From NCBI GenBank assembly GCA_019058445.1, contig JAHPZA010000006.1:800001-864000 (forward strand): 64,000 nt of DNA, read 5' to 3'. Origin of the DNA: Promethearchaeota archaeon (GTDB taxonomy: Archaea > Asgardarchaeota > Lokiarchaeia > Sigyniarchaeales > SOKP01). The notes beneath the pieces were generated by a model, which was given only the letters and a program-made list of their open reading frames with translations, was not told the DNA's origin and did not search any database. Numbering within the stretch: the first letter of the stretch is position 1; the number at the start of each line of letters is the position of its first letter. Positions 19,593 through 29,785 of the stretch are shown in pieces. A program made the translations under genes and the position numbers.

Positions 19593-20612
19593 TCATTTGT
19601 GTATTTCAGGACCGTCTGCTCCTTCTCTAAACCATGTTACTGGTCGATATTCACGGGGAACGATACCTTCTTGTTTAAATTCAGGATACCCTAGGCAGAA
19701 AGAAACAACGACTGTCCAAGGTGCTTTAATTCCGAGTTTTTTCTTCAAAGGAGGCAACGTATTGAGAACATTTGCTACAAATCCATTCCAACACGCTTTA
19801 ATTCCTAATGAATTAGCTACTAGATTCATATTCTGTCCACATATACCAATATTCAACGCAGGACCGGAAATAGATCTCTCGTCACCTAGGACAAGTATTA
19901 GCACAGGAGCATTAAACGCAACACCCATTATTTCCTTATTTTTAACTACAGATCCTACTCCTCCTAAGATAACTCGTGGATCTACAGAACCAGGCGCAAA
20001 AGGAGGTCCCTCAATTAAAGGTACCAGATTTTGTACCATTTTATCACTTTTATAAGCAGCATAAAAGAATTCTAAAATACCTGTCACTCCCTTTTCGATT
20101 TCTTTAATTAAAGCTTTATCGGTAATCACTATAAATTTCCAGGGCTGACAATTCCCCGCACTAGGTGCAAATCTTCCCGCTTCTAGAACTCTCTGAATTA
20201 AACTTTCAGGCACTGGTTTATCCTTGAGATTTCTTACACTACGGCGATTATAAATAATTTTTTCGACAGCATTCCATTCTGTAACATTCCCATTCTCATC
20301 TTTTGGCTCAAGAGGCATTTTCGCGGGTAAAGGATACGGATCAGTTTTCCAGTATCCCTCATCTACATGGTATGGATCCACGATAATGAGCGCATCATTT
20401 GGACAGGCTACTTTACAATTATAACAACTAAAGCATTCATATTCTTCTTTCAATGCTGGATATCCCCCTTCATCGAGTTCCCATGCTTGGAATGGACAAT
20501 TCCGCATACACAACCCGCACTTCGTACATTTATCATGATCAACTTTCATCACTCCCATATGGACATGTTCCATATTAGGCCGTAAAATATCTTGATATTT
20601 TTCTAATGGCAT
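19593..20612 (-). CDS. Nitroreductase with N-terminal 2x[4Fe-4S] ferredoxin domain
   Basis: CTKCGLCMRNCP and CFSCYNCKVACP, followed by RRSVR, APSAGNCQPWKF and LGYP. Confidence 0.92.
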   Translation of the reverse strand: MPLEKYQDILRPNMEHVHMGVMKVDHDKCTKCGLCMRNCPFQAWELDEGGYPALKEEYECFSCYNCKVACPNDALIIVDPYHVDEGYWKTDPYPLPAKMPLEPKDENGNVTEWNAVEKIIYNRRSVRNLKDKPVPESLIQRVLEAGRFAPSAGNCQPWKFIVITDKALIKEIEKGVTGILEFFYAAYKSDKMVQNLVPLIEGPPFAPGSVDPRVILGGVGSVVKNKEIMGVAFNAPVLILVLGDERSISGPALNIGICGQNMNLVANSLGIKACWNGFVANVLNTLPPLKKKLGIKAPWTVVVSFCLGYPEFKQEGIVPREYRPVTWFREGADGPEIHK

Positions 20613-20627
20613 AATTGATACACTCCC

Positions 20628-22166
20628 TTATTCATCCTTCTTAACGTGCTGTAAAGTATCATATTCATATGAGTAAAGATGGAACTTATTTGGACTTAAC
20701 AGATAATTTGGATCAACAGTTTTCTTTATATCTTTAAAGAATTGTAAGAATTCTGGAGTATATGCACCAGCTTCCACAATAGATTGAGATATTGATTCAC
20801 CCAACCAATAATGGACCCCTCCGTAATGGACTTGATGTCGTAATTTTTTGTGCCACATATTCATAGCTTTATCACGTTCCTCATCAATATTATCAGCATG
20901 AATACCTCCGACTACCACTAAATTTCCATTAGGTAAAAACATTAAAATCATAGCTAATAAATCTACATTTCCTACGGGAAAGTCTTTCACATTATTCTTG
21001 TAAAATTCAGTACTTTTTCTTGCAACTTCGGATAAACTTGAGATAGGGATTTTATGACAAGTTGTGCAGCTGACTTTTGGTGGAGCAGGAGAAATAGCCA
21101 TATGAAAAAAGTTAAATGCATATTTTAACGTAAACTTCCAATCTTTCGATAATTCGGCATCTAGATTTACTTCTTGCCATTCAAAAGGTCGGGCAACCTC
21201 ATCTTTTGTCATAATTTCATCGATCTGCTCCAAATAAATATCTAAGATTCTTTCATCAAATGCCTCTAATCGAATTGACATAAGCGGCCCTCTTAAGCGT
21301 GGTTTTTTTGGGGGCTTAAATTTATCTTCAACGTTTCCTGCTACAAGTTGTACAACTACTGCAGGATATGCAACTAAGTCTAAAATTGCGTCTCCAACTT
21401 TCTTACGTAATTCATGTCCTAATTCGAATACTTTATCATAATCATTTTTTTTAAATAAATAGAAGCGATGTGCTTGATATGGTCCCAATGGAGCCAATCT
21501 CAGAAATGCTTTAGTTTTTATACCCATAGTTCCAACATCGCCCATAAATAACCCTGTGAAGTCAGGAGCAACCCCATATCTACAGAATGGAATAGCATAT
21601 TTGTTCGCTGCGGCTCCAGTTCTTAGAATGGTTCCCTGTGGGTTTGGAAGAACTACTTCAACGCCTAGGCATATATCAGGCACCAAACCAAATTTTGTAG
21701 AACCAAATCCTGCAGTTGCGTTTGAAAGGCCTCCTCCGATCGTTGCTGCATATCCACTTCCTGGACCAAGAACACCCGTTGTATATCCTCTAGAATGCAA
21801 CTGTGAAACTAAATCACCCCAAGTGATTCCGCATTCTACCTCAACGAAGAAATCATCTTCATTAATTTCTATAATATGATTCATGCGTGTAAGATCAATT
21901 AGTATGCCCCCTTCGGTAACTGACCCACCAACTAAATCGGCTCCTCCACCACGAGGCACCATTTTAATTTTATATTTATTAGCAATTTTTACGATTTCTG
22001 AAACTTCTTCTGTGGTCTCAGGCCTCACGATCATATCAGCCCATCGGTCGGGAAAGGCGGGATCGACATTTCGAGAGTATGCAGCTTTCATGAAGTCTTT
22101 ATCGGTGACATAATCGGTGCCAACTGCCCCTTCTATTTCTTTATAAGCATCTTTCACTTTCGATAT
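20628..22166 (-). CDS. FAD-binding oxidoreductase (GlcD/VAO-PCMH superfamily), paralog 3
   Basis: Same motifs as paralog 1. The GTG at 22175 lies inside the GGGTG RBS, and ATA at 22166 aligns with the ATG of paralog 1. Confidence 0.9.
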   Translation of the reverse strand: MSKVKDAYKEIEGAVGTDYVTDKDFMKAAYSRNVDPAFPDRWADMIVRPETTEEVSEIVKIANKYKIKMVPRGGGADLVGGSVTEGGILIDLTRMNHIIEINEDDFFVEVECGITWGDLVSQLHSRGYTTGVLGPGSGYAATIGGGLSNATAGFGSTKFGLVPDICLGVEVVLPNPQGTILRTGAAANKYAIPFCRYGVAPDFTGLFMGDVGTMGIKTKAFLRLAPLGPYQAHRFYLFKKNDYDKVFELGHELRKKVGDAILDLVAYPAVVVQLVAGNVEDKFKPPKKPRLRGPLMSIRLEAFDERILDIYLEQIDEIMTKDEVARPFEWQEVNLDAELSKDWKFTLKYAFNFFHMAISPAPPKVSCTTCHKIPISSLSEVARKSTEFYKNNVKDFPVGNVDLLAMILMFLPNGNLVVVGGIHADNIDEERDKAMNMWHKKLRHQVHYGGVHYWLGESISQSIVEAGAYTPEFLQFFKDIKKTVDPNYLLSPNKFHLYSYEYDTLQHVKKDE

Positions 22167-22325
22167 TTTTATCACCCATATTATAACTTATAATTAAATT
22201 ATTATATTCCTAAGAGCTTTATAAAAGTTTACATATACAAGTTAGTTATAAATTGAGCTTATAAAAGAAGCAATAGTATAACAGAAACTTAAGAAGGTAA
22301 TGTTTAGGCTAGAAATTTCGCTATC

Positions 22326-23264
22326 TTATATTCGATTTCCTAACGTGTTTTTAAGATGTTCTTTTGTTGACAATCCTGATTTTATGAGACATGTTTCTAT
22401 CGCAGCATAATCTTCCTTCCGTTGTTTTCTTATAATTGCTTTCCACCCTCGTTTAAACGCGATTCCTTTTATAAGAAGTGCCAATCTAAGGATCCTTTTA
22501 TCAAAAATATACAGTCTATTTTTCTTAATCCCTTTTATGTATTTCTTAGCCGCGAAGGCGGGTTCTACTCCTGCTTTAAAATACTCTACAGCAAAACATT
22601 CTTTGAAATTCTCGAATTTTTTTTTTATCTCTTCCTGATCAGTGACTGTGAAGAGTTGCGGGTCGAAATCTATAGGGCTGGATCTTCCTATATTAGTCCT
22701 TACTCGTATTGGACAAATTACAGAAAATATTATTCCCGTATTATATAATTCGCTATATAGTGCTTCTGTGAGACCTACCACAGCGAATTTTGAGGCTACA
22801 TAGTGCGGATGATATGCTAAGCCTATTATCCCTGCTCCAGAACCGGTATTAACAATATGACCAGAACCTCTTTCAAGCATTTTGGGCAGAAAAACCTTGA
22901 TTGAATAGATTATCGACCATAAATTAACATCTAAAACTCGTTTCCACTCATCAAGTTCAATGGCATCAACAAAACCGCCACCAGCGGTTCCCGCATTATT
23001 AATTAGAAGATCGAGTTCCCCAAATTTTTGGTAGAAATCGTTTGCCATTTCATTTATTTCCTCGAATTTAGAAACATCGCACTTTCGAATGTATACTTTT
23101 ACTCCCATATCTAAAATCTCTTCTTTTACTTTTTCTAAATTTTTAATATCGATATCCGCTAGAAAAAGATTCATTCCTTCTTTTGCCAATCCTATTGCTA
23201 GTGAGCGTCCTATTCCGCTGCCAGCACCAGTTAGTAGGCAATTTTTATCTTTTAAAATCTTCAT
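22326..23264 (-). CDS. Short-chain dehydrogenase/reductase
   Basis: TGAGSGIG, NNAG, YVASK. Confidence 0.93.
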   Translation of the reverse strand: MKILKDKNCLLTGAGSGIGRSLAIGLAKEGMNLFLADIDIKNLEKVKEEILDMGVKVYIRKCDVSKFEEINEMANDFYQKFGELDLLINNAGTAGGGFVDAIELDEWKRVLDVNLWSIIYSIKVFLPKMLERGSGHIVNTGSGAGIIGLAYHPHYVASKFAVVGLTEALYSELYNTGIIFSVICPIRVRTNIGRSSPIDFDPQLFTVTDQEEIKKKFENFKECFAVEYFKAGVEPAFAAKKYIKGIKKNRLYIFDKRILRLALLIKGIAFKRGWKAIIRKQRKEDYAAIETCLIKSGLSTKEHLKNTLGNRI

Positions 23265-23395
23265 TTTATTTCCCTGAAATTGATAGTAATAAATTGTTTG
23301 ATATTTAATATAAGATTATAACTTTTACCAATAAAAAGAGAATGAATACTAGATATTAAAGTAAAAAGAAAAAGTTAGAGAATTACGTTCATATT

Positions 23396-23983
23396 TCATT
23401 TTGGAAAACTTGGTAGTCCCCTTTCTCTTTGAACGCCAAAAGTGTTAAGTGCCCAGCTTACTAGATTGTATTGTCCAATCGTGAAAACAACATCCATCAA
23501 TTGTTTTGTATTATACCGTTCACTGAGGGCATTCCAAGTCGCATCGCTAATAAAGGCATCGGAGAAAAGTTCATCCACCGCTCGAATTAATGTAGCTTCG
23601 AAAGGATCCCATCCAGTAGCGTCTGCTCCTTCTGTGATGCGCTTAATATCTTCATCATTAAGTCCGGCACGCTTTCCAATAATCACATGTTGACCCCATT
23701 CATATTCTGAGCCACAAAGCCAACCAATGCGCAGAATAAGAATTTCCTTCTCCCGTATAGGAAGAGCTGATTTAAATAGAACATGATTTCCAAAGACTCG
23801 CCATCTTTTATATAATTTCGAATAATTAGCCAAGGTTTTCACAATATTGATAACTGGATTACCTGTTTTTTGTAAACCCTCTATAAGGATTCGAGCATCT
23901 TCATCCCATTCACTTTCTTCTAAAGGTTTTATTCGAGGTTCAGCAAGGTGTTTTGGGGTTTTTCTTTCAATTTTTTTTTCCAT
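23396..23983 (-). CDS. Carboxymuconolactone decarboxylase/AhpD-like protein
   Basis: PRIKPL, REKEILILRIGWLCGSEYEWGQH. Confidence 0.88.
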   Translation of the reverse strand: MEKKIERKTPKHLAEPRIKPLEESEWDEDARILIEGLQKTGNPVINIVKTLANYSKLYKRWRVFGNHVLFKSALPIREKEILILRIGWLCGSEYEWGQHVIIGKRAGLNDEDIKRITEGADATGWDPFEATLIRAVDELFSDAFISDATWNALSERYNTKQLMDVVFTIGQYNLVSWALNTFGVQRERGLPSFPK

Positions 23984-24107
23984 TTTTTATTAACCCTTTC
24001 AATTATTTTGCCAATTTTTTAAGAATTTATTTGCTTTTTATTAATTAAAAAATTTATAAAAACGTGATCAATTTATTTAATTCTAAGATAGAATATCGTG
24101 ATTAATA

Positions 24108-26729
24108 GTGAAAATCCTTAAAAGTTCTTATTTAAATTGTGTTGCCTTTCCTTTAGGTGGTATTGGAACAGGAAACATCTCATTGGCAGGTGATGGCAGC
24201 TTAAGGCAATGGCAAATCGTTAATAATGTATATCATTTAGGTTATGTTCCCTCATCATTTTTTTTCATTCAAACTCGCACAGAAGATTCAGATAATTGGA
24301 TTTTTAAACTCCTTGAAAAGAAGATTAAACTTCCCAAAGACTATAAACCTGCCGAAAGTGTAAATGATTTCATAATTCCAAACGATGTCTTAACAAGACA
24401 TGAGAATTATGAGTGCTTTCATGATTTAGAATTTAATGGTGAATATCCTATTGCATTAATTAAATTCTCTGAAGATGAAGTACCTGTTGATATCAAACTT
24501 GAAGCTTGGAATCCAATGATTCCTTTAGATATCAAAAATTCAAGTATACCGGTAATTGTATTTAGTTTTAAGATTAAGAACCCAAATGAAACTAAGTCAG
24601 TGAAAATGAGAATTGGAGGACAAATATTAAATTTTATTGGTTGGGACGGGGCCTCTGAAATGGATTTGAATTTCTATCCTAATTTTTATCGAAATTTAAA
24701 CCAATCTACTGCCCAGGATAATTATAAAGGTATTTATATGCACTCAGAGAATCCCGTGCTTGATGATTCACTCCAAGGAGAGATAATATTTGCATCCTTA
24801 GAAAGAGATTGTTTGATTTTTTCTAATGTGTCCAATTTAAATGAATTATTAAATGACTCAAATATGAAAACTAAACAAATTGAAAGAACTGAGCCCTCTT
24901 CTCATGGAAAAACATGGTGTGGGGCATTAATTAACGAATTTTCCCTAGCTCCAATGGAAGAAAAAAATATAATTTTCCTTTTAGGTTGGTCATTTCCCAA
25001 TAGATATCAAAATTGGGATAAAGAATTATATCGCAAAGTTAAAGTTGATCAAAAAAGTAAGTTTTGGCTAGGGAACGGATATAATCGATGGTTCAGAAAT
25101 ACTGAGGAGGTGATCGAGTATACAATTGCCAATTTTAACTTTCTTAAAGAAAGTACTAAAAATTTTCATAATTTGCTCTTTAATACAACACTACCTAAAG
25201 AGATCATAAGCTCTGTTTCCGCGACAATGTCAACTATACGAAGTCCTTCATGTTTTTTAACAAATAAAGGAGAGTTCATGGGTTTTGAAGGCTGCTGTGG
25301 AGCTAGCACAGCATTTCATACTGAGGAAACTGGAGGATGCTGTCCAATGAATTGTACGCATGTTTGGAATTATGCTGTCACCCAATCAAGGCTCTATCCC
25401 TCATTAGAAATCTCTATGCTAGAAAATGAATTTAAACGTATAACTCGAAGGGGAATGTTACCTCATAGATTGGTTGTCCCTACCTATTTGCCACAACTAG
25501 AGGACAAACGAATTGGGGGACCCGATCATCCCGCTATGGATGGTTTGTTTGGATGTATTTTAAAAACATACCGGATGTTAATAACTACCAATGATTTCGA
25601 ATGGTTCAAGAAAGCGTATCCTAAAATTAGAGACTTAATGAATTATATTTTCCGAGAATGTGATCCCGATGAGCAGGGAATTATTGAGAGCGAACAACCA
25701 AATACTTATGATATTTCTTTCTATGGAAAAAATTTATTTATAGGAGCTCTATACCTTGCAGCGTTAAAAGCCTTTGGAAGAATGGCAGAAATGGTATATG
25801 ATAGTGAATTTAAAGAGAAATGTGACAAACGATTTACTAATGGAAAAAAGAATTATGACGATTCTTTATGGAATGGAGAATACTGGATTCAAAAATATAA
25901 TGAAAAGAAACATAAAAGCTCTCAATATGGTACTGGCTGTCTTTCGGATCAACTTTTTGGTCAGTTCTGGGCGTATATGCTCGAACTTGGTTCCCTCTTA
26001 CCTGATGATAAGATTAAAGTTACTTTAGACAATATAATGAAATACAATTTTAAGGAGAATTTTTACGGGATTGTTCAGAAACCGAGAGTTTTTGCTTCTG
26101 AACATGACAAGGGATTATTGGTTTGTTCTTGGCCTAAAGGTGGAGAGCCTCAATTTCCATTCTTATACGCACATGAAGTGTGGACAGGAATAGAATATGA
26201 GATTGCTGCGCTCTTGCTCGAACACGGAAGAATTGATAATGCTTTAAAAATTATGAAAGCTGTTCGTGAACGCTATAATGGAGAGTATAGAAATCCATGG
26301 AATGAAGTAGAATGTGGAGATCATTATATTAGAGCAATGTCTTCTTGGAGAGTTTATGAGGGAGCTCTAGGGTATTATTGGAATGCACTTGAGAATCGTA
26401 TCAATTTTTTGCCTCTATTTACCAATAATCCAATGCAAGCATTATTTATTACAAATTCTTCTTGGGGGTTGATTAGGAGAAAAGATGATTCACTCAACCT
26501 GACAATTACTATTAAACCTTTTTTTGGAGAATTAAAATTGAAAATCTTAAGAACATGGAAACCGAAAGAAGACTTTGATCATGTAATTGAAGCGATCCTA
26601 AACGATCTAAGTTTAAATGATGTGATGGATATCGAAATTTCAAATGAAATTCTTGAAATTAAATTCAAGGAAATTTTACAAGTTGGTCCCAACAAAGAAT
26701 TAGAGATAAAAATTAAATCAAAAAAATAG
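24108..26729 (+). CDS. Glycoside hydrolase family 116 (GBA2/non-lysosomal glucosylceramidase-like)
   Basis: FPLGGIGTG, YPIA, FEG..C, NCTHVWNY, QPNTYD, LSDQLFGQ, EVWTGIEY, NPWNEVECGDHYIRAMSSW. Confidence 0.92.
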   Translation: MKILKSSYLNCVAFPLGGIGTGNISLAGDGSLRQWQIVNNVYHLGYVPSSFFFIQTRTEDSDNWIFKLLEKKIKLPKDYKPAESVNDFIIPNDVLTRHENYECFHDLEFNGEYPIALIKFSEDEVPVDIKLEAWNPMIPLDIKNSSIPVIVFSFKIKNPNETKSVKMRIGGQILNFIGWDGASEMDLNFYPNFYRNLNQSTAQDNYKGIYMHSENPVLDDSLQGEIIFASLERDCLIFSNVSNLNELLNDSNMKTKQIERTEPSSHGKTWCGALINEFSLAPMEEKNIIFLLGWSFPNRYQNWDKELYRKVKVDQKSKFWLGNGYNRWFRNTEEVIEYTIANFNFLKESTKNFHNLLFNTTLPKEIISSVSATMSTIRSPSCFLTNKGEFMGFEGCCGASTAFHTEETGGCCPMNCTHVWNYAVTQSRLYPSLEISMLENEFKRITRRGMLPHRLVVPTYLPQLEDKRIGGPDHPAMDGLFGCILKTYRMLITTNDFEWFKKAYPKIRDLMNYIFRECDPDEQGIIESEQPNTYDISFYGKNLFIGALYLAALKAFGRMAEMVYDSEFKEKCDKRFTNGKKNYDDSLWNGEYWIQKYNEKKHKSSQYGTGCLSDQLFGQFWAYMLELGSLLPDDKIKVTLDNIMKYNFKENFYGIVQKPRVFASEHDKGLLVCSWPKGGEPQFPFLYAHEVWTGIEYEIAALLLEHGRIDNALKIMKAVRERYNGEYRNPWNEVECGDHYIRAMSSWRVYEGALGYYWNALENRINFLPLFTNNPMQALFITNSSWGLIRRKDDSLNLTITIKPFFGELKLKILRTWKPKEDFDHVIEAILNDLSLNDVMDIEISNEILEIKFKEILQVGPNKELEIKIKSKK

Positions 26730-26982
26730 TATTTCTATAGATGGTCCTACCAGTATTGATAGTTTGATTACCCGAATTGAATCTTATGTTGATGTTAGTT
26801 GATTTCCAGTTAGCCTAAATTTCAATCAAGTAATACACTTATTTTGCTTATTAAAAAATTATTAGTTAATAAAAACGTGAAAAATTTTTTTCATTAATGG
26901 AAAAAATTGTAATGAATTATATAGATCTTTTACTCTAATATTAAACAAAAAAAAATAATACTATGTTTTTAAGGTCAATATT

Positions 26983-28275
26983 ATGACCCAAATAAATGAA
27001 GATTCACCTGTAAGATCGCCGGGTTATTTCAAATATATGATGATCATCTTAATGCTTGTCTTAATCTTAGATAACTATACTCAATTTTATAGTGCTATAA
27101 TACCTTCAAAAGTAGTTGAAGAATTTTTAGGACATTATCCACAAAATGTTGCCAATTCAATCTTTGCTTTCTCATTAGCAATAGCTTCAATAGGTAGCTA
27201 TATTGTTTTTCTTGTATGGTATTCATCAGACAGAGTTGGAAGGAAATTTTTATTAGTCATATCCGTATTTGGAATGGCATTTGCTTCATTAGGTATTTTA
27301 TTGTCGAGAAATATTGTTGAATATACCATATTCCGCCTTCTTCTTGCTATTTTTGTTGGTTCGGATATTTGGTTGATTTATATTAATGAGGAATCTCCCC
27401 CTGAAAAAAAAGCATTTTATGTAAATATAGCTTTAATAGGGGGTATGATTGGTATATTGCTAATGGCAGTTTTTCGTTCAATTTATATCACCGACACATC
27501 TCCAGTGGGAGCTTGGAGGGGTATGACATATTTTTCGATCCTACTTGGAATTCCATTAGGAATTCTAGTAGCATTAACAATCAAAGAAACATCTAAATAT
27601 GAAGAAATCAAACAAAAAAGGCTCACAAGAGAAGATAGAGCAAAACTATTAAAGAAAAACATTAAAACCATTTTTAAGTCTGACAATCGAAAAGCCTATA
27701 TCACTACTTTAACTGTTCATTTCATATGGAATTTAAATGGGATATATATTAATTTAGCCGAATTATACATGGCACAAAGCCCTAATCTAAAAGAGGGAGA
27801 TATTAACATAGTAGTATTAATCTTAGTTCCGTCAATAGCGGGAGGTTTTCTTACTACGGGATTATTAGCAGATAAAATTGGGAGGAAACCATTACTGTAT
27901 GTTTATATTGCTTTATTCTTCGTGGGAGCTATAATTTTTCTTGTGGGAGCTGCAACACCAGGTATCGCATTAGTTTTAGTTTGTACAGGGCAGGCTATGA
28001 TTAATGTAGCCTATTGGGGAACATGGGTTCTTATTAGTATAATTACTATAGAATTAATTCCAACAGATGCGAGAGGGACTGGAACGGGCTTTAAATCTTT
28101 AATAGGAACATTAGCGGGAACTACTGCTTTAATAGTTACTGGTATAATCACCTACTTTTTCTCTTTATTTGTCGTATTTGTTGTTTTCGTAATAATTCTC
28201 TTATTTAATTTACCGTTAATCTATAAATTTATGATAGAAACTCTAGGCACGGATTTAAGCCAGATTAAATCATAA
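26983..28275 (+). CDS. MFS transporter
   Basis: About 12 TM segments, SDRVGRK and ADKIGRK loops, ELIPTDARGTG. Confidence 0.92.
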   Translation: MTQINEDSPVRSPGYFKYMMIILMLVLILDNYTQFYSAIIPSKVVEEFLGHYPQNVANSIFAFSLAIASIGSYIVFLVWYSSDRVGRKFLLVISVFGMAFASLGILLSRNIVEYTIFRLLLAIFVGSDIWLIYINEESPPEKKAFYVNIALIGGMIGILLMAVFRSIYITDTSPVGAWRGMTYFSILLGIPLGILVALTIKETSKYEEIKQKRLTREDRAKLLKKNIKTIFKSDNRKAYITTLTVHFIWNLNGIYINLAELYMAQSPNLKEGDINIVVLILVPSIAGGFLTTGLLADKIGRKPLLYVYIALFFVGAIIFLVGAATPGIALVLVCTGQAMINVAYWGTWVLISIITIELIPTDARGTGTGFKSLIGTLAGTTALIVTGIITYFFSLFVVFVVFVIILLFNLPLIYKFMIETLGTDLSQIKS

Positions 28276-28309
28276 AATTTTTTATATTTATTTTTTCCCT
28301 ATTATTTTA

Positions 28310-29605
28310 TTAGGTAAATTCTGGGAAAACAAGTATAAAATTGGTACCTTTTGTATGATCTCCCTTAATCCTATCTGCAATATAAAGACTTCCATTAAAG
28401 GATTTCGTCAATGTATGAATTAATGTGAGGCCTATCCCCATCCCTTTAGAGCCTGATCGTTTTTCGTAATCTCCTTGGAGTATATTCTCTTTCATATTAT
28501 TTGGAATACCTATACCATTATCAATGAATTCGATTTTAATTAATGAGCCTTCCTTATCTTTTAACTTAGAAACTCTAACTTGAATCTCAATTTGGTCATT
28601 TTCATTGTGGTCAATAGCATTGATTAATATATTTTCGAAAATATCTAATAACAGGTCATTCGCCGCGATGAAGAAATTCTCCAGCTTATTTTCAAACTTT
28701 ATATTGACCTTTTTATCAGTAGACTTTTCTGATACAAATTCAATGGCAGAGTGGAGGATAGAGATTACTTCAATTTTCTCGAGTTCCTCGGAACATTCTA
28801 GATCTGATAAAGTACAAACGTTTTTTATTAATTCTGCCCCTCTAAATACATGAGTTTGAATCTTCTTTACCATCTCATTGAATTTTTCTGCGTCTTCTAT
28901 ATTTTTAAAGATATAAGGAAGTATTCCAACGGAACCTTGAATCGCCTGAAGTATATTTCGCATGTCATGAGCGAATATCCTTCTATAGAACTCTGCTCTA
29001 TTATAAGCTTCTCTATACTTTATTTCAGATTCCTTTAATAACTGATCAGCTCGATTTTGCTTGATAATTCTCCACATCTTATCCATAAAAAGAGTAAGTT
29101 GGCGTGTGTCAGAATCATCGTAAGGATCATCCTTATTACCTACTCCTACAATAGAAACTACTTTATTATCATCATCAAATATTGGAACGCTCATATGACG
29201 ATATACGGGAAAATGGCCTTCAGGATAACCTTTCTTATGTGGGTTATTAGAATAGTCGTTATGTATTACTGGCTTTTTTTCACGAAAACAATCTGCCCAA
29301 ATTCCAGCTTCGGTAATAGGATAATGAGGTACTTTTTCAGCAGTGCAGTTCCTTAAAACGTCCTTTGACCATGTAAATAATGATAATGTATTTTGATCCT
29401 CATTTACAAAATGGAGATAACCAACCTTACTTCTTGTTAATCTTACACATTCCTCTAAAGTATAATCAATATAATCTTTTTCTGAAAGCCCTTTTAGTTG
29501 AGTCATTTTTAAAAGAGCAGTTAATCTCTCTTCATCGAATTTAAGTTTTTCCAATAGACCTTCATAATTCTTATTCTTATCCTTTACTTTTCCATCATTT
29601 ATCAT
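28310..29605 (-). CDS. GAF-domain sensor histidine kinase
   Basis: GAF (PVIHNDY..GYPEGH), H-box FAHDMRN, N-box ENILINAIDH, DNGIGI, GMGIGL. Start set at ATG 29605 after AAGGTG. Confidence 0.9.
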   Translation of the reverse strand: MINDGKVKDKNKNYEGLLEKLKFDEERLTALLKMTQLKGLSEKDYIDYTLEECVRLTRSKVGYLHFVNEDQNTLSLFTWSKDVLRNCTAEKVPHYPITEAGIWADCFREKKPVIHNDYSNNPHKKGYPEGHFPVYRHMSVPIFDDDNKVVSIVGVGNKDDPYDDSDTRQLTLFMDKMWRIIKQNRADQLLKESEIKYREAYNRAEFYRRIFAHDMRNILQAIQGSVGILPYIFKNIEDAEKFNEMVKKIQTHVFRGAELIKNVCTLSDLECSEELEKIEVISILHSAIEFVSEKSTDKKVNIKFENKLENFFIAANDLLLDIFENILINAIDHNENDQIEIQVRVSKLKDKEGSLIKIEFIDNGIGIPNNMKENILQGDYEKRSGSKGMGIGLTLIHTLTKSFNGSLYIADRIKGDHTKGTNFILVFPEFT

Positions 29606-29785
29606 CGCGGCACCTTTATTTAATACTGTATACCTCAAAAATATTATCAATTGGTGATTTTTATTTCTTTTCATTTAAAAAATAAAGTTAACAGCTCTTA
29701 TAGGATTCAGTTTGAGCATTTTATTTAATGCTACGATAATAGAAATTATTAAAAAAAAATTAATATTTTATTTGAGAGCCGTTGT

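Noticed and set aside
5080-21879. Recurrent + strand ORFs at 5080, 13635 and 21556 with similar sequence
   Set aside because: Antisense shadows of the conserved FAD domain of the three minus-strand paralogs.
26770-26835. Possible LRR relic on the minus strand (FRLTGNQLTST*DSI)
   Set aside because: Only one degenerate repeat with stops, too short to distinguish from chance.
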